A stretch of 64,000 bases of DNA, from assembly GCA_017476405.1 (NCBI GenBank), contig JAFUZX010000101.1, forward strand, positions 11,840 to 75,839, read 5' to 3'. This DNA is from Alphaproteobacteria bacterium. Lineage in GTDB: Bacteria > Pseudomonadota > Alphaproteobacteria > UBA3830. Numbering within the stretch: position 1 is the stretch's first letter; each line of letters opens with the position of its first letter. The position numbers were made by a program, and so were the translations under genes. This document shows positions 35,868 through 42,816 of this stretch, piece after piece. The notes under the pieces were generated by a model that worked only from the letters and a program-made list of their open reading frames with translations, had not been told where the DNA came from and did no database searches.

Positions 35868-36321
35868 GTACTTGTCGTAATTCTTGGCTTAATACCCTAT
35901 GCATTTCCAATGGATCACGAATTGTGACTAACAAAGTTGATAATCTGTCGGGAACATTCATTATTCCTTCACGCACTGCCTTTGCTTTCGCATAAAAAAC
36001 TCGCTTCACCTCCGAAACGGAAATCAATTCTCCTAATCTTTCTTTCACTTCCGCTTCGATAAGTTTTCCTTTTTCGATTTCGTTTTTAAGTTTTGTTTTC
36101 ACGAGAAGATTGTGCATATCGTCTTGGACGAAATAACTTCCGCCACCTTTGCGTTGCCGTGGCAGGTTAATGTTTCGTTGCATTTCCAGTTCTGCATTGG
36201 CCGTGTATTCATCAATCATTCCGTCTATGAGGTGAATCTTTCCTTGTTTAATCAACTTTGCGGCGTACTGTTTCGAGAATCCTTGGCGACGTGCCCATTC
36301 TGCTTGTGAAATTAATGCCAT
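35836..36321 (-). CDS. Terminase small subunit (HTH N-terminus)
   Basis: 161 aa. ISQAEWARRQGFSKQYAAKLIKQGKI is an HTH. It lies immediately upstream of TerL and overlaps it. Confidence 0.6.
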   Translation of the reverse strand: MALISQAEWARRQGFSKQYAAKLIKQGKIHLIDGMIDEYTANAELEMQRNINLPRQRKGGGSYFVQDDMHNLLVKTKLKNEIEKGKLIEAEVKERLGELISVSEVKRVFYAKAKAVREGIMNVPDRLSTLLVTIRDPLEMHRVLSQELRQVLEELSLHEID

Positions 36322-37616
36322 TACGCCACCTCATTAAATGATTTTCCTGATTCTGCGTGGATCGCTTCTTCACCTGTGTGTTGCTGCCATCGATGAATTA
36401 TTGTATCGACATATTTTGGATCGAGTTCCATCATGCAACATTGGCGATCGGTTTCTTCGCAAGCAATCATTGTGGTTCCAGATCCTCCGAACAAATCAAG
36501 AATGAGTTCCCCATGATTTGAACAATCCAAAATCGCATCGGCAACCAACTTAACCGGTTTCACTGTCGGATGGAGTTTGCGTAACTCAATATTTTCCTGA
36601 GTCGTTATATTCATTCCTGCATAATCCCAAACATTTGTGCGATACCTTCCGTATTGTCCCAGTTCGAAATTATTTGTGTTCGGCGCCTTTCCGTTTTTAA
36701 ATACGAAAATCAGTTCATGCTGACTCCGATAAAATGTTCCCATTCCTCCCTTATCTTTATTCCACACACACAGCTGTTTGAATTCAGTGTAAGAATTTCG
36801 ACCTGCGGTAATGATTTCGTAAATGTGTTTCCAGTCCATGCAAATGTAATGAATGCTTCCGTCCTTAGATACAGAAGTCATGTTTTTAAACACAGTTGTA
36901 AGAAAATCGACAAACTCCTGCTCCGACATTTCTCCCGAAGCCATTACAAATTCGTCGTGCTTTACTTTTCCAGTATTTACGATGCTGTCGATTTTGACAT
37001 TATATGGCGGATCAGTGAAAATCATATCGGCGACTTTGCCGTTCATGAGTTTCTGTATATCCTCGATTTTTGTTGAATCTCCGCATAATAAACGGTGCTT
37101 ACCAAGCAACCACAGATCGCCGACTTTGCTTATAATCTCTTGCGATTCCTCTTGCTCTTCTTCGGAAAAATCATCTTCTTCGATTTCTTCGTTTCTCAGT
37201 AATCGCTCAACCTCACTTAAATCAAAACCAGTAAGATCGAGATCAAAATTCAGGTCTTTTAACTCCTCCAATTCGAGTTTAAGTAATTCTTCATCCCACT
37301 CAGCCCAATTTGCTGATTGATTTGCAAGTAATCGAAAGGCTTTAATCTGTGCTTCGGATAAATCGTCTGCAACCACAACGGGAACTTCTTGCATTCCCAA
37401 TTTTCTTGCAGCTTTGAGTCGAAGATGCCCATCAACTACGCTTCCATCGCTTTTTGCTACAATAGGAATGCGAAAACCAAACTCTTTGATACTGGCAACC
37501 ATTTTATCAACTACTGCATCATTTTTTCGTGGATTTCTGGCATACTCAATTAAAGAGTCAGTTCGTACTGATTTTAGTTGCAATTCATTTGTTTCCATAT
37601 TACTTTGCTCACTCAT
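36321..37616 (-). CDS. ParB-like nuclease domain fused to an N6-adenine/N4-cytosine DNA methyltransferase
   Basis: The N-terminus has ParB/Srx motifs (YARNPRKN...DGHLRLKAA). The catalytic motif is DPPYNV, followed by the SAM motif FGGSGTT. This order (IV then I) marks the beta class. Confidence 0.85.
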   Translation of the reverse strand: MSEQSNMETNELQLKSVRTDSLIEYARNPRKNDAVVDKMVASIKEFGFRIPIVAKSDGSVVDGHLRLKAARKLGMQEVPVVVADDLSEAQIKAFRLLANQSANWAEWDEELLKLELEELKDLNFDLDLTGFDLSEVERLLRNEEIEEDDFSEEEQEESQEIISKVGDLWLLGKHRLLCGDSTKIEDIQKLMNGKVADMIFTDPPYNVKIDSIVNTGKVKHDEFVMASGEMSEQEFVDFLTTVFKNMTSVSKDGSIHYICMDWKHIYEIITAGRNSYTEFKQLCVWNKDKGGMGTFYRSQHELIFVFKNGKAPNTNNFELGQYGRYRTNVWDYAGMNITTQENIELRKLHPTVKPVKLVADAILDCSNHGELILDLFGGSGTTMIACEETDRQCCMMELDPKYVDTIIHRWQQHTGEEAIHAESGKSFNEVA

Positions 37617-38188
37617 CGAAATACTTCATTTGAGGTCACCCTCTGAAAAAAATCTGTCGCTAGCGAAGAGCCGGGGGCGCGGCACCCGCTCTCTCCCAGT
37701 GCTGGGAAGGACCCAGACTTAGAACTCTGAGAAGCTGTCTCTTTTGAAATTTTTAACCCAAACAACATTATCGCTATTGCATCTGCTTCATCGTCAGTTT
37801 TCGGATCAAAACCATGCAATTTTGCTGCGATGATCATTTGATCTTTTGTCGCATTTCCCGTTCCCGTCATAAACTTCTTGATTGATTTCACCGCAAGGCC
37901 GATGCACTCAACATTTAACTCCAAACATACGATTGCAAGTGTGTACATGAATCCGCCATATATATGCGCAGCCTCCATTCCAGTGTGTCCGTAAACTCGT
38001 TCAAAAAAAACTTTCTGGATGCCGTACTTGTTGATCGTTTGTAGAATCCAGTTGCGAAAATCAAGAAAACGCACTCCGGATGCTCTTTTATCGACTCGCA
38101 GTTTTTTGGTGCCACTCGTAACAGTTCCGTCTTTATAAATCGCGAATCCTAGATATGTTCCTAAATCTAAAGCAAGAAAAGTCATCAT
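37613..38188 (-). CDS. RuvC-like Holliday junction resolvase with an unusual GC-rich-encoded C-terminal extension
   Basis: The acidic residues are in context: LALDLGT, FFERVYG, DDEADAIAI. The last 45 or so residues are encoded by the GC-rich island at 37664-37714. Confidence 0.7.
   Translation of the reverse strand: MMTFLALDLGTYLGFAIYKDGTVTSGTKKLRVDKRASGVRFLDFRNWILQTINKYGIQKVFFERVYGHTGMEAAHIYGGFMYTLAIVCLELNVECIGLAVKSIKKFMTGTGNATKDQMIIAAKLHGFDPKTDDEADAIAIMLFGLKISKETASQSSKSGSFPALGESGCRAPGSSLATDFFQRVTSNEVFR
37664..37714. other. GC-rich structured island (nested hairpins) in otherwise AT-rich phage DNA
   Basis: Sequence: cgaagagccgggggcgcggcacccgctctctcccagtgctgggaaggaccc. GAGC(C)GGG pairs with CCCGCTC around a 9-nt loop. 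TCCCA pairs with TGGGA around GTGC. On the minus strand a T7 run follows about 12 nt later. Confidence 0.5.
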
Positions 38189-38206
38189 GCCCTCCCATTT
38201 ATATAT

Positions 38207-38250
38207 ATTCAGTTTTTATAGAAAAAATGTGCGAATTTTTTTCAAAAAAA
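38207..38250 (-). promoter_or_regulatory. Conserved promoter-like motif upstream of the RuvC/late operon (copy 2 of 2)
   Basis: The minus strand reads TTCGCACATTTTTTCTATAAAAACTGAATATATATAAATGGGAGGGCATG. It shares (T)CGCAC-N16-CTGAAT-A/T-rich-RBS with 32739-32785. Confidence 0.4.
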
Positions 38251-38355
38251 TCACAAAATCTGCTGACTTTGCTCATATGGTCGGATTTAATAATATCGGT
38301 TTTTATTAATTTTTTATTAATATTTTCCATAAATCAATTTTTGTTGTAATAGAAG

Positions 38356-38886
38356 GTGATTTCATGTTTAAAAAAAATTGACTTGCAAATACAAGTCCTA
38401 AAATTTGTAAAGAAAATTCTGATAACCGTGTGCAAAAGAATAGAGGCGCTTGAAAAACTCAGAAAAAAGCCAAAAACAAAAAAGGAGTTACTTTTTGTTT
38501 CTTTTCAGAATGATAACCTCTACATAAACGATCTAAAAATAATCGATAAGAAAGCTAAGCTGCAAATAGCCATTCTGAAAATCCTCATGGAAAAACACAT
38601 AGTTGGAAGTTTGCGAGGAAGCTCTACAGGATTAAACACTATACAAATTGTAGAAAGTCTAAAAAAAGAGAAGTTACAAGAAAAAAATGGAACATATATA
38701 GATATGTTATTTGATGCTGAAGATCAGGTAAAAAGGCATATTTATAGAATAAAAAAAAGTATCGCTGCGAAGCTAGGTAAACACATCGGAGAAAACTTTA
38801 TTCAATCAGCAAAAGTAGCGAAGAAGTATAAATTAAATGAAAATGTAGTACTGGTTTGCACTCAAAAAATGCTTCAGGAGACCTGA
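38356..38886 (+). CDS. Putative early regulator, winged-helix (OmpR/CadC-type) like
   Basis: ORF track with a GTG start, so the true start is uncertain. LQIAILKILMEKH...QVKRHIYRIKKSIAAKLG resembles a trans_reg_C recognition helix/wing. Weak. Confidence 0.4.
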   Translation: MISCLKKIDLQIQVLKFVKKILITVCKRIEALEKLRKKPKTKKELLFVSFQNDNLYINDLKIIDKKAKLQIAILKILMEKHIVGSLRGSSTGLNTIQIVESLKKEKLQEKNGTYIDMLFDAEDQVKRHIYRIKKSIAAKLGKHIGENFIQSAKVAKKYKLNENVVLVCTQKMLQET

Positions 38887-38890
38887 GATT

Positions 38891-38959
38891 CTCAGAGGAG
38901 ACTTTGGCTCAAAAAAATCCTTATTTTTCAATGGGGAATTTTGCTCAGAGGAGACTTTG
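38891..38959. repeat. Two perfect 16-bp direct repeats CTCAGAGGAGACTTTG, 53 bp apart, in the intergenic region upstream of the sigma-like gene
   Basis: 38891-38906 and 38944-38959 are identical. A partial related sequence caggagacctgag lies just upstream. Confidence 0.8.
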
Positions 38960-39028
38960 ATTTTCCAAGTGTCATATGCTGTTTGCGTTGAATGATCCAT
39001 ACTGAATGCGGTTTTTAGGATTTATCGC

Positions 39029-40060
39029 ATGAACAGATACGATGGAATAGATAAAAGAATTGTTTCGAACGTGAAGCAATATGCAAAGAATCTGAAGCGC
39101 AATATTACGTTTCGTTTTATGTCGATTGATGACATTGAACAGGAATTAATATGCGAGATTCTGGCATGTATGGATAAGTTCGATTCGCGTTGCGGAGAGC
39201 TGGAGCATTTCATAAGAAAAGTTCTCAGCCGACGTTGTGCGAATCTGCTTGAAACATACACACGCAAGAAGCGTGATTCGATTATCAAATTTTCTGAGTA
39301 TAGCGATGAAGTGCGTAATGATAGAACGGATGATATTTTCAGCAAATATCAAACTGAACTTGAAAAACGTACGGATGTTTGCCGATTGATAAGTGAAATG
39401 CCAATAAAATACAGACTGCTGTATCGATTGTTGCTGAATCATTCTATTGCGGATACATCAAAAATCATCGGAATTTCACGCTTTACCATATTGCGAGATC
39501 TGAAGCATATTGCTTTCGCATTTCGTTGCATGAGAAATCCTGAAAATCAATTTTGGTGTTTTAGTAATAGGAGAGTGAAACCGATGGGAAGAAATTTATC
39601 GACCATAGAAACATTAGATGTGAAGGATCTAAGTAAGCTTGAAATTTTCGATCTTGCCGATCTAAACGAACAGCTTACAAAACTTGTGAGCCATACGAAG
39701 GAGCTTAAAGAAAAATTCGATGATGCGCTGAATTTGCGTTTTTCTGAAACAGTAAGAGAAAATCTGAAACGAGAAAACAAAGATACAGGCACTGCGAAGT
39801 TTTTCGAAAACGGATTACAGATCACTGCGGAAGTTCCGAAAAAAGTTACATGGGATTCGGAAAAAATCGGAGAGATTATGAAAACAATTTCAGAAGAGAA
39901 GCGCAAAGCTATTGTGAAAACTACTCACGTGATAGAGGAGCGAAAATATTCTCAATTATCACCTGAGGATAAGAAATTATTTTCGGAAGCACGGACAGTT
40001 ACTCCGGGAAAAACAAGATTTCAAATTGCTTTACCTGAGGAGGATTCAACATGCGCATAA
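39029..40060 (+). CDS. Composite ORF: N-terminal ECF/sigma-70-like protein (regions 2 and 4) continuous in frame with a Gp157-like recombination-module protein
   Basis: The N-terminal half has DIEQELICEILACMDKFD (region 2-like) and MPIKYRLLYRLLLNHSIADTSKIIGISRFTILRDL (region 4 HTH). An internal ATG at 39584 has a good RBS (GGAGAG plus 8 nt) and starts the coiled-coil part (MGRNLSTIETLDVKDLSKLEIFDLADLNEQL...). Confidence 0.6.
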   Translation: MNRYDGIDKRIVSNVKQYAKNLKRNITFRFMSIDDIEQELICEILACMDKFDSRCGELEHFIRKVLSRRCANLLETYTRKKRDSIIKFSEYSDEVRNDRTDDIFSKYQTELEKRTDVCRLISEMPIKYRLLYRLLLNHSIADTSKIIGISRFTILRDLKHIAFAFRCMRNPENQFWCFSNRRVKPMGRNLSTIETLDVKDLSKLEIFDLADLNEQLTKLVSHTKELKEKFDDALNLRFSETVRENLKRENKDTGTAKFFENGLQITAEVPKKVTWDSEKIGEIMKTISEEKRKAIVKTTHVIEERKYSQLSPEDKKLFSEARTVTPGKTRFQIALPEEDSTCA

Positions 40061-40845
40061 TTTCTGCAGATGAAAGATTGAAACAGCAAACTGGAGTAAA
40101 GATGTCGATCTTTGGAGGATTCGGCATTGGAAAGACGAGTTTGCTAAAAACCATTGACGAACTAACTTTATGTTTGGATTTTGAAGCAGGTTTATTGGCG
40201 GTGAAATCTTGGAATGGTGATTCTGTTTCCGTTCGGACTTGGGAAGATGCACGTGATATTGCGTGTCTGATCGGTGGAGCAAATCCAGCTTCAAGGAGTA
40301 TTTACAGTCAACGCCATTTTGATGCGGCAAAAGCTAAGTACAAAGATTGCGATTTCACAAAGTATCGGTGTGTTTTTATTGATTCGATTACGATCGCATC
40401 GAAAATCTGTCTTGCTTGGTGCAAAAACCAGCCGGAAGCATTTTCTGAAAAATCCGGAAAGCCTGATACTCGTGCTGCTTATGGATTATTGGCATCTGAA
40501 ATGTCGGCTTGGATCAATCAGTTTCAGCACATTCCGGATAAAGATGTCATTTTCGTCGGCTTGCTTGATCAAAGGACGGACGACTTCAATCGCACCTCAT
40601 GGATTCCGCAAATCGAAGGCTCGAAAACTACGACTGAACTGCCCGGAATACTTGACGAGGTCATTTCTATGGTAGCCATGAAAAGTGACTCCGGAAAATT
40701 GGAACGAAAATTTGTGTGTCATACTTTGAACGCAAATATGTATCCAGCGAAAGATCGATCAGGGTGTTTAAACGAAATCGAGGATGCTGACCTCGGAAAA
40801 CTTTTGAAAAAAATCAAATCATCATCAACAACGAAAGGAGAATAG
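40051..40845 (+). CDS. RecA-like NTPase, AAA_24 / Sak4-type single-strand annealing ATPase
   Basis: Walker A is in MSIFGGFGIGKTSL, and Walker B is in CVFIDSIT. It sits next to DUF669-like and nuclease genes. Confidence 0.8.
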   Translation: MRIISADERLKQQTGVKMSIFGGFGIGKTSLLKTIDELTLCLDFEAGLLAVKSWNGDSVSVRTWEDARDIACLIGGANPASRSIYSQRHFDAAKAKYKDCDFTKYRCVFIDSITIASKICLAWCKNQPEAFSEKSGKPDTRAAYGLLASEMSAWINQFQHIPDKDVIFVGLLDQRTDDFNRTSWIPQIEGSKTTTELPGILDEVISMVAMKSDSGKLERKFVCHTLNANMYPAKDRSGCLNEIEDADLGKLLKKIKSSSTTKGE

Positions 40846-40847
40846 CC

Positions 40848-41345
40848 ATGAATTTTAATGATGCAGAACAGCAAAACACGTTTGACTTAATTCCAGCTAA
40901 TACGATTACGAAAGCACGATTAGTTTTGAAGCCGGGAAATGATTACAACGATCCAATGCTTACTCGGAGCAAAAATAACAGTGATACTGCTTATTTGAAT
41001 TGCGAGTTTATCATTCTCGAAGGCCAATATGCGAAACGCAAAATTTTCGACAAAATCGGGATTGAAGGTAGCGATATATGGGTAAATATGGGCAGGGCTC
41101 GCATTCGCGCAATTCTTGAATCCGCAAAGAGAATTAATCCGAAAGACATGAGCGAAAACGCAGTTGCAGCTCGTCAGATAAATTCCTTTGAGGAATTAAA
41201 TAATTTGGATGTGGTGATCAAAATCGGAGTGGAGCACGATAAAAGCGGCATCTATAACGACAAAAATCGGGTAACTGCAATCATTACTCCGGACCATTTC
41301 CGCTACAACGAAGTTATGAATCATTCAGACGATATTCCGTTTTAG
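40848..41345 (+). CDS. DUF669-type protein (phage ssDNA-binding candidate)
   Basis: 165 aa. FDLIPANTITKARLVLKPG...YLNCEFIILEGQYAKRKIFDKIGIEG matches the DUF669 pattern. It follows Sak4 as in many phages. Confidence 0.65.
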   Translation: MNFNDAEQQNTFDLIPANTITKARLVLKPGNDYNDPMLTRSKNNSDTAYLNCEFIILEGQYAKRKIFDKIGIEGSDIWVNMGRARIRAILESAKRINPKDMSENAVAARQINSFEELNNLDVVIKIGVEHDKSGIYNDKNRVTAIITPDHFRYNEVMNHSDDIPF

Positions 41346-41353
41346 TTAATCCC

Positions 41354-41554
41354 ATGGATGGAGAGTTGGAATTGTGGCGTGCGGTGATACGGCAAGCGAT
41401 AAAAGACGCAACTGGAAAAAACAAACTCGAAAAGCCATATGCATTGAAATGGATTTTTGGGGATGGCAGAGACTTTAACCTTGTTTGCGAGTTCGCAGAT
41501 GTATTGCCGCACAAAGTGAGAGAAGAAGTATGTAACAGACTAAAAATAATTTAA
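41354..41554 (+). CDS. Hypothetical 66-aa early protein
   Basis: ORF track. It is packed tightly within the operon. No family recognised. Confidence 0.4.
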   Translation: MDGELELWRAVIRQAIKDATGKNKLEKPYALKWIFGDGRDFNLVCEFADVLPHKVREEVCNRLKII

Positions 41555-41566
41555 GGAGCAAAAAAT

Positions 41567-41731
41567 ATGAATTTAGACAATGCGCTGTTAAAGCGTAAAG
41601 CTATCGCTTTATTCAATTTTCTAGGGATGAAGCACAAAACGAATAAATGTATCGGAGAACTTACGGTACGAGACGTAATGGAATTGGTGAATTTTTTAAA
41701 TGAAATGGAAGGAGTTGCAAGCCATGAGTGA
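41567..41731 (+). CDS. Hypothetical 54-aa early protein
   Basis: Own translation gives MNLDNALLKRKAIALFNFLGMKHKTNKCIGELTVRDVMELVNFLNEMEGVASHE. The RBS AAGGAG lies 8 nt upstream. Below the ORF-track length cutoff. Confidence 0.35.
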   Translation: MNLDNALLKRKAIALFNFLGMKHKTNKCIGELTVRDVMELVNFLNEMEGVASHE

Positions 41732-42449
41732 AATAAACAAATTGCTCGATGCGAAAATGCTAGAGCATAGCAAACATGAAGCAAAAAGAAATTATTTGGG
41801 AGCATCTCAGATTGGAGATGAATGTTTACGAAAAATCCAATTGCAATATTTGGGTAAGGATGCGGAGATTTCTGCGCAGACACTCAGAACATTTGCAATC
41901 GGCACAAAACTGGAGGATCTAGTTGCAGATTGGATTCGGATTTCCGGAATTGATTTAAAGACCCGAAACGATGAAGGCAAGCAATTTGGATTTTGTGTTG
42001 CTGATGGAAAGATCGCCGGACATGTAGACGGCATCATCTATGCTTTTCCGGATGAGATTGCCTTAAAAGCTCCTGCTTTATGGGAGTGCAAGACGATGAA
42101 TCATAACAACTGGCGAGACACTGCAAAACGTGGCATGATGGTCGCAAAAACAACATACTATGCACAGATCCAGCTGTACATGGCGTACATGAAGCTCACA
42201 GAGAATCCTTGTCTCTTCACTGCGCTTGATAAAGATACATCGGAACTATATTTCGAATTGATTCCGTTTGATGCGGAGGCAGCCCAACGTTATTCAAATC
42301 AGGCAGTGCAAATTATAAAAGCCAGCGAAAATGGCGAATTCATGCCTTGCATTTCGAATGATCCGAGTTTTTTCAGATGCAAAATGTGCGGATTCAGAAA
42401 TATTTGCAGAGGCAACCCCACAGACAGAGGAGAAGGACAATGTTTTTAA
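41724..42449 (+). CDS. PD-(D/E)XK exonuclease, Cas4/RecB-like with Cys cluster
   Basis: The nuclease core is GHVDGII...ALWECKT. One N-terminal Cys (GDECLRK) and three C-terminal Cys (CISN...CKMCGFRNIC) fit a Cas4-type Fe-S cluster. The start is either 41700 or 41724, and I prefer 41724 because of its RBS. Confidence 0.75.
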   Translation: MSEINKLLDAKMLEHSKHEAKRNYLGASQIGDECLRKIQLQYLGKDAEISAQTLRTFAIGTKLEDLVADWIRISGIDLKTRNDEGKQFGFCVADGKIAGHVDGIIYAFPDEIALKAPALWECKTMNHNNWRDTAKRGMMVAKTTYYAQIQLYMAYMKLTENPCLFTALDKDTSELYFELIPFDAEAAQRYSNQAVQIIKASENGEFMPCISNDPSFFRCKMCGFRNICRGNPTDRGEGQCF

Positions 42450-42816
42450 TAAAAAGGGATGAAAAAGTTATGAAAAAGATATGTAAAAGTAATAGAATAA
42501 ATACTCATATATCAGTATATATACTATATCTCTATCTATCTAACCATTATATCTATATATATTACATATATAATAATTCATGTAATGAAATAATTTTATT
42601 AAGTGTATTTTTTATAATATACCACGTTCTCTTTAGTGGGTATATTTTAGGTTATCCAAAAATCACTCACAATTCAATGCGTAGGAGCAATTTAACCGAT
42701 AACCACACATTTCTGAAGCTTAAAAACCTCCTCGCCAAAGGAGCTGAAGCCCTCAGAAGCTATACTTCACGATACCACAAAAACTTCCGTAATTCAATTT
42801 TCGAAGGAGTACAGCC

